A stretch of DNA of 64,000 bases from Promethearchaeota archaeon (GTDB lineage: Archaea; Asgardarchaeota; Lokiarchaeia; Sigyniarchaeales; SOKP01): NCBI GenBank assembly GCA_016840085.1, contig JAEOTA010000078.1:1-64000 (forward strand), given 5' to 3'. The notes beneath the pieces were generated by a model. That model did no database searches, was not told the origin of the DNA, and was given only the letters and a program-made list of their open reading frames with translations. Below are positions 19,622 through 30,117 of the stretch, piece after piece. Positions within the stretch are counted from its first letter, which is position 1; each line of letters starts with the position of its first letter. Position numbers and translations under genes: made by a program.

Positions 19622-20881
19622 CTACTTTTCAAAAATTGTGACAACGCATGTAGCTCCTGATCCGCCCAAATTATGGACTAACATACGTTCTACATCAAAT
19701 TTCACTTGCCTATTTCTTTCAGCAATACCTCTCATTTGTTTAAAGACTTCTACGCAAAATGCTGCACCAGTAGCCCCTACAGGATGACCCTTGCTTTTCA
19801 GTCCCCCACTCGTATTAATTGGCAATGATCCATCTCTCTTTGTTTCTCCATTCTTAATTGCTTCAACAGCCTTACCCTTTTCATAAAAACCTAAATCTTC
19901 TAAAGCGACTATTTCTGCAATAGTGAAACAATCATGGACTTCTGCTATTTGAATATCTTTGGGTTTAAGTCCCGACATTTCATAAGCTTGTCGTGCTGCT
20001 TCTTTTGAAGCAATAAAACTCGTTAAATCTTTTCTATCATGCAAAGATAATTCTGCACTCCCTTGACCAGTACCAGCAATCCAAATCGGAGCATCAGTAA
20101 AGTTTTTAGCTACATCTTCAGCTGCTAAAAATACACAAGCTGCTCCATCAGTTATCAAACTACAATCAAACAAACGTAGAGGATAAGCAATCATTGGATT
20201 TGAGCTGCTTTTAAGGAAATCAAACTCATCCTTCCAATCTGGAATATCTCCTCCGGACTTTTCGATTTTTGCTATTTTGCTTTTCATCATATCGGCAATT
20301 GAACTTTGCATATGGGCATATGGATTTTCCTTTCCATTTTCGTGATTTTTTATTGCCACTCTCATTAGATCTTCTACTGTTGTTCCATATTTGTGGAAGT
20401 GTGCCGATGCAAGAGTACCATACAAACCTGGGAATGTCGCTCCAGCAGGATATTCGAATAAACTATCGGATGCTGTAGCTAAAACATCGGTGACTCCTGT
20501 TGTTGGTAATTCTGTCATACATTCAACACCACTCACAGCAATAACATCATGAACCCCCGATGCAATCGCTAAAATAGCTTGACGAAGAGCAATTCCGCTA
20601 CTAGCACATGCTCCCTCAAAACGTGATGCTGGTTTTGGAACTAATCCTACTAAACCTGCCATCTGTGGTCCTAAATGTCCCTGATGATTAAATAGATCTG
20701 AAGAATAATTACCAACATAACAAGCATCAATATCTTTTGGTTCAATACCATTATCAACTCTACTTACTGCATCTAACCATGCATCAACCCATAAGTCTGG
20801 ATTTCTTTTAAGTGGAAAGTGAGCACCAAACGTACTCATTCCCGCTCCAACCATAGCCACTTTTCTTGCTAATTTTCCCAT
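19622..20881 (-). CDS. Archaeal-type thiolase (acetyl-CoA C-acyltransferase family)
   Basis: EGACASS, EVHDCF, KGHPVGATG, HNLGG. Confidence 0.93.
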   Translation of the reverse strand: MGKLARKVAMVGAGMSTFGAHFPLKRNPDLWVDAWLDAVSRVDNGIEPKDIDACYVGNYSSDLFNHQGHLGPQMAGLVGLVPKPASRFEGACASSGIALRQAILAIASGVHDVIAVSGVECMTELPTTGVTDVLATASDSLFEYPAGATFPGLYGTLASAHFHKYGTTVEDLMRVAIKNHENGKENPYAHMQSSIADMMKSKIAKIEKSGGDIPDWKDEFDFLKSSSNPMIAYPLRLFDCSLITDGAACVFLAAEDVAKNFTDAPIWIAGTGQGSAELSLHDRKDLTSFIASKEAARQAYEMSGLKPKDIQIAEVHDCFTIAEIVALEDLGFYEKGKAVEAIKNGETKRDGSLPINTSGGLKSKGHPVGATGAAFCVEVFKQMRGIAERNRQVKFDVERMLVHNLGGSGATCVVTIFEK

Positions 20882-20983
20882 TATTTCACCAATTTTTTTC
20901 TTTAAATTATAAATAATTTTGAGATTAAAGAAGTGAATTATTGAAAAATTAAATTTGTTATTGTTTTATAATTGAGTGTTAAC

Positions 20984-22219
20984 TTAATCATGAAAATATT
21001 TGGATAAATACCAAATTTCAAAAAAGATTCCTATAAATGAGATAAATAACGGTGCTACATAATGTACATTTTGCATTAGTAATCCACCAATATATCCAGT
21101 TGGGATGAAACCTATACCTCTTATCATTCCAACAATTCCATATGATTCTGCTTTTTTGGTTTCATCCAAATCGGTTAATGCCATCTGTTCAGAGGGAATA
21201 AATGTACACACACTCATGGCAAAGGGAATATGGCTGATAATTAAGGCTGGCAATAGGAATGCTGTAAATCCACCAGCCCAAATAAAGTAGGCTAGGATAT
21301 TAATGATAAAAAATGATAGGCCAAAGAATTGACTTAAAATGAGGGATTTTTTTTTCCCGATTTTATCTGCCATATGTCCTCCAGGAATTTGAAAGATCAT
21401 ATTAGAAGTGTTAAATACGATTGTTATCAAAGCAAGTTCTTCTCGTGTAATCTGATAAAAATCTCTTAATCCTCCACTATAAATTGACAGACCAATATTG
21501 TAAATAAATAGATCTAAAGTTAAGAATATCAATACTCCTCTACTTTTGGGATTTTTAATAATCTTTCTCCATAAACTCGGTTCTTCCACTTCAATGGTTG
21601 CAACTGAAAGCTGTTTCGGATTATTTACAACTCGAAATTTTTCTGATATAAAAACTAAATTAATCAATCCCTCTATTATCAAAATGCCTATAAATACTAA
21701 GAAGAAAAACCGAGTATCAAAAGCACTCCCAAACAAAACAAAAGTCGAACCAAATATCGTTCCTCCAAAAAAGGAAAAAAGTATCAACCCATACATCAAT
21801 CCTTTTGATTTATTACTATTTTCAGAAATAAATATTAAACTACTGAGATTATTCATAACCATTCCTAAGAAATAGATAAGAATACCAATTAAAAGAAATA
21901 TAATTGCGCTTGGATTCGAGGAAATAAGAAAAATTAATCCTAAAATATAGAGGGGGATGGCACCTAACATCAGCTTCTTACGTCCAAATTTATCTGACAG
22001 TTTTCCTATTAATGGCATTGGTAGAAATTGTATAATAGCACCAATAGATACTATAATACCCGTCATAAGGATAGATCCTGTAAGGTCTAAAATAAATGGT
22101 TGATATACTACATTAAACATACCAGCACCCATTCCATGAATTAAATTGATAAAGAATAATGTCCAAAGATTTTTCCGCTTTACTCTATCAATTCTTTTGG
22201 AATTTTCATGTGTACTCAT
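20984..22219 (-). CDS. MFS transporter
   Basis: 12 TM, GKLSDKFGRK and GHMADKIGKK motif A. Confidence 0.9.
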   Translation of the reverse strand: MSTHENSKRIDRVKRKNLWTLFFINLIHGMGAGMFNVVYQPFILDLTGSILMTGIIVSIGAIIQFLPMPLIGKLSDKFGRKKLMLGAIPLYILGLIFLISSNPSAIIFLLIGILIYFLGMVMNNLSSLIFISENSNKSKGLMYGLILFSFFGGTIFGSTFVLFGSAFDTRFFFLVFIGILIIEGLINLVFISEKFRVVNNPKQLSVATIEVEEPSLWRKIIKNPKSRGVLIFLTLDLFIYNIGLSIYSGGLRDFYQITREELALITIVFNTSNMIFQIPGGHMADKIGKKKSLILSQFFGLSFFIINILAYFIWAGGFTAFLLPALIISHIPFAMSVCTFIPSEQMALTDLDETKKAESYGIVGMIRGIGFIPTGYIGGLLMQNVHYVAPLFISFIGIFFEIWYLSKYFHD

Positions 22220-22400
22220 AAATTGAGTTTCTCTTACTAAATTTTATTGATTTTACTATATGAAAAAGTTGATTATTAACAGAAAAAGTTACTTCTCATA
22301 TGAGTTTTTTGATTCCTTTGGTTCTCTCCAACTTTTTTGTCAATCTAATGATGTTTTATCTTTTTAAATTTCCATAGTATTCCCGTCCCTTTTACAATTG

Positions 22401-23675
22401 CTAAATTTCTCCCTTTTTTTTACTCTCACCCTCAAAATATTTTGATAAGAACCATAACAAAAAGATGATCCCCATTATCGTGAAAATAAAAGAGGCGATA
22501 TAATGCACGCTCGCAATTAAGAATCCTGCAATCACTCCCGTAGGTATTACACCAATCCCTCTAATAAGTGCCACAATCCCATAGGATTCTGCTTTCCTGG
22601 ATTCGTCTAAATTTGTTAAGGTTATACCTTCTGAGGGTATAAACGTGGTAGCAACCGCAGCATTAATAATTTGTCCTATAATTAATAATAGAAGTAATGA
22701 ACTTTTAAAACCACTTGACCATAAAAAAAAAGCTATAACAAGTAAGGAAAAAAATGCTAAACCTAGTGATTCACATAATATCAAGGTTTTTTTTTTTCCG
22801 ATTTTGTCAGTGAGATGACCTGCGGGAATTTGGAACAACACCAAACTAATGTTACTGCAAAGAGATAAGAGTGCTATATCTTGCAGGGTGATTTTGTATT
22901 GATCAATCAGACCCGCACTATAAATAGACAAAGAAATACTATAAATAAAAGCATCTAAAGTGAAAAAAATTACTACTGCTCTTAGTTTGGGTGTTGTAAG
23001 TATTTTCCGCCAAATTCCTTTTTCAGTTTTAGATGGTTTATCTGGATTTTTTTGTAAACTAGACTTTCGTGGGATAGGTTCAGATATAAATATTATAAAG
23101 ATAATATAATTAAATACTATGATTATTATAAAAAGGAAAAAATAAAATTGAAAATTAAACCTCGAGTCAACCAGAACAAAATAACTGGCTGCAATACTTC
23201 CCCCAAATTGGACAAAAGCCATGATTGCAAAATTAAATCCTTTTTTCGTTTCTGTACTATTTTCTGAAACAAATACTAGGTAAACTGAAAGAGCAATTGC
23301 TAAACCAAAGTAGAAACACAAGACCCCAGCTATAAGAATAAATAAATTGTTTGCTATAATGAAGAAAAATAATCCAAGAATCATAAAGGGAGTATCAAAA
23401 TACCACATCAACTTTCTCCCGTACTTATCGGATAATTTTCCTAAAAATGGCATTGGTAAGAATTGTATTATACTCCCTACTGTAGTAATAACTCCGGTTA
23501 TAAAAATAGAACCTGTGAAATCATATATGAAAGGGATATAAACGATATTGAACAGAGTTTGACCGAATCCATAGAAGAGTAAATTGATTAACATTGCATA
23601 GGAATTCCTACGTCGAGTTTTTTCAATGTCTCCTGAATTTCTATGTGTTTTCATGGTTTTCTCAGCTCTCTTCAC
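22401..23675 (-). CDS. MFS transporter (tandem paralog of the neighbouring gene)
   Basis: GKLSDKYGRK, GHLTDKIGKK; shares FIPSE...LDE..KAESYGIV with the neighbour. Confidence 0.9.
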   Translation of the reverse strand: MKRAEKTMKTHRNSGDIEKTRRRNSYAMLINLLFYGFGQTLFNIVYIPFIYDFTGSIFITGVITTVGSIIQFLPMPFLGKLSDKYGRKLMWYFDTPFMILGLFFFIIANNLFILIAGVLCFYFGLAIALSVYLVFVSENSTETKKGFNFAIMAFVQFGGSIAASYFVLVDSRFNFQFYFFLFIIIIVFNYIIFIIFISEPIPRKSSLQKNPDKPSKTEKGIWRKILTTPKLRAVVIFFTLDAFIYSISLSIYSAGLIDQYKITLQDIALLSLCSNISLVLFQIPAGHLTDKIGKKKTLILCESLGLAFFSLLVIAFFLWSSGFKSSLLLLLIIGQIINAAVATTFIPSEGITLTNLDESRKAESYGIVALIRGIGVIPTGVIAGFLIASVHYIASFIFTIMGIIFLLWFLSKYFEGESKKKGEI

Positions 23676-23777
23676 TCTCTTTATTTTCTATCTATAATCT
23701 AACTACTTGTTGTCTTTGTTTGAATGCTTTTAATTCTTCTAAATTTTTACTAAAAATTAAAATAACATCGTGCTGCT

Positions 23778-24056
23778 TTAACTAATGCGTCCTAGTTTTT
23801 TTCGAAGGACACTGTTGATTGTGATATGAATAGCTTCCAAAGTATTTGATGATATTTGAATCTGTGAATTAACCTTCAATCCGATGGCTAACTCCCAATC
23901 TTCCCAATCTTTAGATTTATTCCCGCCCCAGAATCTAACTATCTTTGATTCAGGACCACCTCTCGCATATTCTCTTCGATGATTCGAACTTCTTTTATGC
24001 TGGTAAGGTAGTCTAGTCCACTTTGAATAACAATGCCAAGGACGTTTGTATGCCAT
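23778..24056 (-). pseudogene. rpl10e: Truncated ribosomal protein uL16 (L10e) copy, N-terminal half only
   Basis: KRPWHCY, REYARGGPESKI, QISSNTLEA; stop after 92 aa; downstream frames show no uL16 C-terminal half; SD AGGTG present. Confidence 0.8.
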
Positions 24057-24391
24057 TTTATAAACACCTTCGGATATATAATATTATTTTATTTTTAATG
24101 AAACTTGATCTTATATTTGACTTAGTCAAAATTGATCTAATAGAGCCTACCTATTCTGGCTACTTATACTGAATTTCTTACTTCTCTACTTCTCAAAATG
24201 AAGCTTATAGCAAATTATCATATCTTTTTGAAGTAAGTCAATGTATAAGGTGTAAGGTAAAGTTCATAGCAGTAATCTATAATTATAATAGCTAAAATTA
24301 GTACTTAGAAAAAAAGTTTATTTCAAAAATGATAATCGCTATAAACTTATTCCATTTTTAATCACTATAATTATTAGCACATCTTAAATAT

Positions 24392-24703
24392 TTAAATATT
24401 TGGGTTTGATGTGGATTGATTAATGAAGATTAGAACAAAATTAGTGGGAAATTGTTCCCAATTCTTAAAAATACTTAAGTTTTCTAAGAGCTCTATACAA
24501 TTTAAATCTTCTATAGTGAGGAGGGATCTTTCTAAACCACGACACCATATGGAAGTTTTTAAATTCGCAGTGCACCACCAGACAATTCTGTAAAGGTTTA
24601 ATAAAGCAAATAATTTGTAACCATACCAACAATCATCCCAGTTATAGTTTTTTATGCCGAACTTTAAACATAATTTTCTATATGATGATATTCCGCAGAA
24701 AGG
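24392..24703 (-). pseudogene. Start-less relic resembling the C-terminus of an APH/choline/ecdysteroid-kinase-like phosphotransferase
   Basis: Open frame without a start codon: ...KFGIKNYNWDDCWYGYKLFALLNLYRIVWW...GLERSLLTIEDLNCIELLEN; family assigned by recall. Confidence 0.5.
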
Positions 24704-24810
24704 TTATGCTGGTGAAGATTTGTTTTCTGATTACAGGTGTTCCTAAACTATTTAAGTTGCTAGCTTTAGGGATATTACTTTTAACTTTTGGATCCCCATA
24801 CTCCTCTAAT

Positions 24811-25662
24811 TCATTCGTCTTTCATTTCATTTAATTTTTTATCTATTACTTCTCGCATATATTTGAATCCTGGGGTTAACTTTTCATCTAACTTTGGAAT
24901 CAATTGTCTTAAAGGAAACTTTAAACCTTGATCCGCCCCTGTTTGAAATAAATTTTCCAATACATAGAAAATGTAGCTTGCGGGCATTCCAATTCCTAGT
25001 TCGTGATCTTGAATTCCAGCAAATGAGCGATCACCCGTGCCAGGGATGACAATTTGGGCTTTTCGGGTAATAAACGGCATTAATCCTCCCTTAGCGCAAC
25101 TTTCTCCGAAACCTTCAAAGGTTGATTGTATTCTATATTTACGTTTGTGTTCATAATTTAATGCGTTTATAATGTATGTGAGTTTTGGTCCATCACAATA
25201 AATCAATATGGAATCTGGAATAACGGGAGTTTCTATTAGCGGAGAGACAATTATGCCACGATACGCTAACTCTATAATATTTTTAAAGTTATTCGCATAT
25301 GTATGTTCCGCTCTCCTTTTTTCAGCTTGAGCGTCTTTTGACCATTTTTGACGTACTTGAGATTCTGTAAATTCTTCCATCGTGAGAGGAACCCATCCAT
25401 GCGCGACGGAGGACGGAGTGCAAAAATTGTCCGCTGCTGTGATGCATAACTTCTGCCGAAATCTACGAGCATAAGTAAAAGCTTGGCAAATCGACATCTT
25501 TTCTCCATTATCTATAGGTCTTCTAACTCCCCGAGGGATATCATTATCAAGATCTTTTATATACTTTATCGACACTGGAAAAGAATCAAGATGTAGTTTA
25601 TGGAATATTTCTTCTCCAGCATTTTGATAATCCTCTAAAGTCTTATTTTTACTACTCATCAT
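24811..25662 (-). CDS. DUF169 family protein
   Basis: FPVSIK, SICQA, NFC, ESCA, PGTGDR. Confidence 0.85.
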   Translation of the reverse strand: MMSSKNKTLEDYQNAGEEIFHKLHLDSFPVSIKYIKDLDNDIPRGVRRPIDNGEKMSICQAFTYARRFRQKLCITAADNFCTPSSVAHGWVPLTMEEFTESQVRQKWSKDAQAEKRRAEHTYANNFKNIIELAYRGIIVSPLIETPVIPDSILIYCDGPKLTYIINALNYEHKRKYRIQSTFEGFGESCAKGGLMPFITRKAQIVIPGTGDRSFAGIQDHELGIGMPASYIFYVLENLFQTGADQGLKFPLRQLIPKLDEKLTPGFKYMREVIDKKLNEMKDE

Positions 25663-25708
25663 ATATTTAACTTCTATTATTCATTTTATTAATGTATTTT
25701 CTAATCTC

Positions 25709-26542
25709 TTATTTTTTAATTCTTTTTCTTAAATAATCCCACACTCCCGGTTCAACAGGATTTTCAAAAATAGTACCTGCTGTTATCGTTGGGTTCGAAT
25801 GAGGGATTCCAAAGGGTTTAAAGCCCAACCTTTTACCTGCAAGAAATAAATTATCAAGTACCATTTCTAATTTGGATTCAGGTATTGAAAAAATCATTTC
25901 ATGGTCTTGAACTGCAGCTAATGCACGATCTCCCATGCCTGGGGAAACAACTTGACATTCATTTGTTTTATAAGTTCGGACGATACCTTCCTTACAAGAA
26001 GCTTCCATTCCGTTAAAGTGACTTGTAAAGCATTCTCCATTGTAGGTTGCAGCTAATATGAGATGGGAAAGATTTAAAGGCGAGGTATATATCATTACTA
26101 CATCGGGGATGACAATTGTCATGTTCAGGGGGGATACCACGAAACCTTGAATTTCTCCAAAATCTAAGGTAGCATCTAACTCCCGAGACTTCTTTTCGGC
26201 CTCTGCATTTCTCTTGTATCTCGCTTTCCGGTCCCAAGCTTTATAGACATCGTCTGGATCTGTTGTTTGTTCCAAACCAAAATATTTTATTGATACTGGT
26301 TTACAAGCAATATCGTCAGCTTGTAAATAAAAAGAGAATCCTGAGCGTCTACACCACGTATAAGTCATACAGGCGGGGATATCTCGACCAAATACTTTGT
26401 GTGGTCGAAGGGCATTTGATGTAACTTCCTCACCTGGAGGCATCATTTTAACCGCAACAGGGTATGTCTTTAGCTTCAATTTGTTAATGAAGTCTTGACC
26501 CATTTTTTTATACTTTTCCAATTCTTCCATAATCTTCAACAT
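25709..26542 (-). CDS. DUF169 family protein
   Basis: YPVAVK, PAC, IAC, PDVV, ASC, PGMGDR. Confidence 0.85.
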   Translation of the reverse strand: MLKIMEELEKYKKMGQDFINKLKLKTYPVAVKMMPPGEEVTSNALRPHKVFGRDIPACMTYTWCRRSGFSFYLQADDIACKPVSIKYFGLEQTTDPDDVYKAWDRKARYKRNAEAEKKSRELDATLDFGEIQGFVVSPLNMTIVIPDVVMIYTSPLNLSHLILAATYNGECFTSHFNGMEASCKEGIVRTYKTNECQVVSPGMGDRALAAVQDHEMIFSIPESKLEMVLDNLFLAGKRLGFKPFGIPHSNPTITAGTIFENPVEPGVWDYLRKRIKK

Positions 26543-26637
26543 ATATAGATAGCCACATAGCTGATAAACCTTTCCACATTTCCAGTAAATGGTGCAATTC
26601 TTTTAGAAAACCTTAAAAAAAAATGAAGTTCTAAGCC

Positions 26638-26706
26638 CTATTTACTTTCTAAAAGCTCCATATAATTTAAATCTTCAACATTAAGAACGGCATTTTCTCT
26701 AAACAT
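26638..26706 (-). pseudogene. Short relic homologous to the 3' end of the 24392-24703 relic
   Basis: ENAVLNVEDLNYMELLESK* versus ERSLLTIEDLNCIELLEN; DNA 26646-26704 resembles 24480-24537. Confidence 0.5.
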
Positions 26707-26789
26707 GTCAACATTTATTATACCTACTAGACATTTCTTTTTCATCTTAATAGTTAAAATTTATATCTACTTTTACATTAATTCTTTTT

Positions 26790-27224
26790 ATGTCAGATTT
26801 AGAACCTGTAAAATATGAGGACTATAAAATTGGCGATTCTGCAGAATTTACTAAAAAGATAACCGAAGAAGATGTTATGAAATTTGCAGAGGTGACAGGA
26901 GATTATAATCCTATACATGTTAATCCTGAATTCGCAAAAACTCAGATGTTTGGAAAACAAGTTGCGCATGGAGCTTTGAGTTCTGGTTTAATATCAGCAG
27001 TTTTGGGTACTAAGCTATTCGGACCAGGTATATTGTATGGAGGTCAAACGGTTAAATTTGTTAAACCTGTGTTTTTTGGTGATACGTGCACCGCAGTTGC
27101 CACAGTAAAAGAAATGTTTACGAAAAAGGAAGGTAAGTTGAAATTCATCATTTGCGATACCATAGTAAAAAACCAAAATGATGAGGTCGTAACTACCGGA
27201 GAAGGAACAATAGTATTTATGTGA
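26790..27224 (+). CDS. MaoC family (R)-enoyl-CoA hydratase/dehydratase
   Basis: FAEVTGDYNPIH, VAHG, FVKPVF. Confidence 0.93.
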   Translation: MSDLEPVKYEDYKIGDSAEFTKKITEEDVMKFAEVTGDYNPIHVNPEFAKTQMFGKQVAHGALSSGLISAVLGTKLFGPGILYGGQTVKFVKPVFFGDTCTAVATVKEMFTKKEGKLKFIICDTIVKNQNDEVVTTGEGTIVFM

Positions 27225-27358
27225 AATTTATTCTTTTTTTTCTTATTTATTTAATGAAACTTTCTACATTTTCCTTGAAATTTTTTCTTTTAAATCTCAA
27301 TTGATTTATTACTAAAAAGTAGAAAAGTATAATAAGTAGAATTTTCTAATTAAAATAT

Positions 27359-27625
27359 ATGGCAAATGTAAAATTAAATAATAAAATTCTACTAGAAAAA
27401 TTACAGGCAGAAATCACCCTTAAATTAGGAAAGAAAATTTCCCAACAAGATTTATTAGATAAGAGTATTGAATTTGTATATAAACGGTTTGATGAGTTTG
27501 TATCAGAGCATATTGATCATCCCCCAATCACAAATGAATTAATTAAGAGAATAAAAGAAACTGCAATTGACGCGCCCTTGGAACATCTAGAAAAAACTGA
27601 TGATGAATTATTATATAGATTATAA
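27359..27625 (+). CDS. Putative antitoxin (VapB-like)
   Basis: 88 aa directly upstream of the PIN gene, acidic tail DDELLY. Confidence 0.7.
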   Translation: MANVKLNNKILLEKLQAEITLKLGKKISQQDLLDKSIEFVYKRFDEFVSEHIDHPPITNELIKRIKETAIDAPLEHLEKTDDELLYRL

Positions 27626-27652
27626 TCAAAAAAAGCAATTACTGAAAAAGTT

Positions 27653-28072
27653 ATGACAGTTATAATTGATTCAAATTATTTTTTTGCTTTAAAATCTAGA
27701 AGAGATAAAAATCACCAAAGATCGTTAGAATTAATGAATGAACTTAAAGAAAATTATAATAAACCAATAATAACAAATTATTTAGTGATAAGTGAACTCT
27801 TAACGCTGGTTAATTCACGATTTAAAGGGAATGCTTACTATTTAGATGAATATTTTAAACTAATTTGGGGTGATGATAATTTTTTTAAGATTGTTCAATT
27901 ATTACCAGAACAATATAAAGAAAGCTATGAAATGTTAAAAAAATATACAAACCCTAAACGATTATTAAGTTTTGTAGATGCTTCTCTAATATTTTTAACT
28001 AATAAAGTTAATGCTAGAGCAATATTATCATTTGATAATCATTTCGATGGTATCATCTCAAGATTATATTAG
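27653..28072 (+). CDS. vapC: PIN-domain toxin (VapC-like)
   Basis: IIDSN, VISE, SFVDA, SFDNHF acidic tetrad. Confidence 0.88.
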   Translation: MTVIIDSNYFFALKSRRDKNHQRSLELMNELKENYNKPIITNYLVISELLTLVNSRFKGNAYYLDEYFKLIWGDDNFFKIVQLLPEQYKESYEMLKKYTNPKRLLSFVDASLIFLTNKVNARAILSFDNHFDGIISRLY

Positions 28073-28084
28073 ATCTTAATAATG

Positions 28085-28423
28085 TTATTTTTTCATGTTT
28101 TGAAGATTTTTTAAGGCCTTAGTATAGGATTCATCTTGAGTCGCCCATTCTTTTAATTTATCGCAAGGAAAATCATGACATTCATAACAATAATTTAGAT
28201 TCTTATCATTAACACAACACTCTCGAATTCTACATTCAGAACTCCAACAATTAGCTACATCTCTACAGCCGTTACAACGAAAGTCTTCTACTTTTACATT
28301 TTCCCATTTTCCATTAAAAAACTCTACTAATTCATTAGCGATTTTCAAATCAATTAGTGCTTTAAATATCTTACAATCACTACATATCAATCCACAAGCA
28401 GCAATTTTTTTATATTTGCTCAT
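28085..28423 (-). CDS. DUF3795 family Cys-rich protein
   Basis: CGLICSDC, CNGC, CRIRECC, CYEC..FPC. Confidence 0.85.
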   Translation of the reverse strand: MSKYKKIAACGLICSDCKIFKALIDLKIANELVEFFNGKWENVKVEDFRCNGCRDVANCWSSECRIRECCVNDKNLNYCYECHDFPCDKLKEWATQDESYTKALKNLQNMKK

Positions 28424-28549
28424 TAGAAGTTTTAGATTATCAATGAAGAAATATAAATATCAAAAAATCAAATTAGAATATATCAATAAAATAAATATGG
28501 ATATAAAACTAAAATTGTTTTTTAAAAGTAAAAAAATGAGCTGATTGCT

Positions 28550-29425
28550 ATGTCTGATGATATCATAATAAAGGAAGGACATATATATGGTGGGTGGCGG
28601 GAGCCAGAAAATATTTGGAGAAATTTAAAAACTTCTATTCATGATGATGGGACAGCACGAAAGGTCGGAATGCGTGGAGGAACAATACCTGGTACAATTC
28701 ACCTCAGTTTATTTGCACCCGTGATGCTAAAGATTTTTGGAGATCATTGGTTTGAAACTGGTTCAGTAAGTATGTACTATACATTTGCTACAACAGATCG
28801 AGAAAAAGTACGGGCAGTTGTTACTCAACCACCAAAGGGAGTGGATGATGTTCAAGTAGAAGCAAGAGTTGAGATGCCCGATGGAAAAATTGTTGCGAAA
28901 GGAACAGTCTCGATAGGAAATCCTAAGGAGCCTTCATATCTACAAACCTTAGATCTTAAAAGTAGTGATCCGGAAGAACTTCGCATTCTATCTGGTTTTA
29001 AACCGGGATATAAATTTGAACCTCGTGAGGTGTCAACATCACAAGAAGAAGTGGAAAAAGGACTTGTAGCTATTACAGATCATCTTGAATATTATAAAGG
29101 TAATTCCCCATGGGGTTGTGGCATTCTCTCTCCAACTGCGATTAGCCGTCTTATGGCGTTAGGATATCAATTAACAGCGACAAAAACTCTTAGTGCTGTG
29201 GCATTTTATGGAGCTACAGAAGTTCAACATGTAAATGGTCCAGTTAAAGTTGGAGTACCATACATAGTTAGCGGTGAAATGATATGTGTTGCTATAAGCT
29301 CAAAAACAGAATATTTCTGGTATGATGCGATATTAGAAGAAAAAGAAAGTGGTAAAATAGTAGCCAAGATGCGCCACATGAATCGCTTTATGAAAGCCTC
29401 TTCACCATTATATAAAACAAACTAA
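28550..29425 (+). CDS. Double hot-dog fold protein (hydratase/thioesterase-like)
   Basis: SIHDD..A..VGMRGGTIPG hot-dog motif followed by a second degenerate hot-dog half. Confidence 0.6.
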   Translation: MSDDIIIKEGHIYGGWREPENIWRNLKTSIHDDGTARKVGMRGGTIPGTIHLSLFAPVMLKIFGDHWFETGSVSMYYTFATTDREKVRAVVTQPPKGVDDVQVEARVEMPDGKIVAKGTVSIGNPKEPSYLQTLDLKSSDPEELRILSGFKPGYKFEPREVSTSQEEVEKGLVAITDHLEYYKGNSPWGCGILSPTAISRLMALGYQLTATKTLSAVAFYGATEVQHVNGPVKVGVPYIVSGEMICVAISSKTEYFWYDAILEEKESGKIVAKMRHMNRFMKASSPLYKTN

Positions 29426-29436
29426 TTAAATTGTAT

Positions 29437-29970
29437 TTAATACTCAATCCCATATCGCGCACTTATTCCCTGAGAGGAATAATAATGTTTAATCATTTTC
29501 ATTTCAGTTACTAAATCTGCTAACTCTTTTATCTTTGGATGCATCTTTGGACCTCCTGTAAGGATCAATTCTACCTTTTCTGGTTTATTTTTTATAAGTT
29601 CCAATACTGGTTCAATAGGTACTACGTTCATCGATATAGCAACACCAATTTCATCAAGAATAACAATATCATATTCATCGCTCATGATAATATCTTTAGC
29701 AAAAGCAAGAGCTTTCTTTCCCTCATTTATGTCAAATTCTCCTGGTTCTGCTATAAGATCAGGGCTACCAAATTGTTTTAATTCAAAATAGGGAATGGAA
29801 TTAATAGCGTTTATTTCTCCATATTTATAATTCCCCTTCATAAATTGAATCATGAATACTTTGAAACCATGTCCAGTAGCGCGCACACCCTGACCAATTG
29901 CAGCTGTTGTCTTACCCTTGCCGCGCCCAAAATAAACTTGAATTAAACCTTGCTTTAATCTCTTTCTAAT
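29437..29970 (-). CDS. cobO: Cob(I)alamin adenosyltransferase CobO/BtuR; probable ATT start at 29970
   Basis: GLIQVYFGRGKGKTTAAIG P-loop upstream of the listed ORF; QFMKG, VILDE, ELILTG, ADLVTEM, GIEY. Confidence 0.92.
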   Translation of the reverse strand: MRKRLKQGLIQVYFGRGKGKTTAAIGQGVRATGHGFKVFMIQFMKGNYKYGEINAINSIPYFELKQFGSPDLIAEPGEFDINEGKKALAFAKDIIMSDEYDIVILDEIGVAISMNVVPIEPVLELIKNKPEKVELILTGGPKMHPKIKELADLVTEMKMIKHYYSSQGISARYGIEY

Positions 29971-30117
29971 GGTGAATTACCTCTATGAGTTTATAATAGT
30001 GGATAAACAATTAATAAATTAATAAAGTTAATTAATTTTTTTGAAGTTAGAATGAGAAAATAAACATTTAATAATTATTTAATTCAACTATTGTTCATTG
30101 TTAACCATATAAGATAA

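Noticed and set aside
23694-23780. Frameshifted continuation of uL16
   Set aside because: The alternative frame (LKQHDVILIFSKNLEELKAF...) shows no uL16 C-terminal motifs
24445-24460. Inverted repeat TGGGAA-ATTG-TTCCCA
   Set aside because: Single 6-bp stem with no second copy found; could be chance
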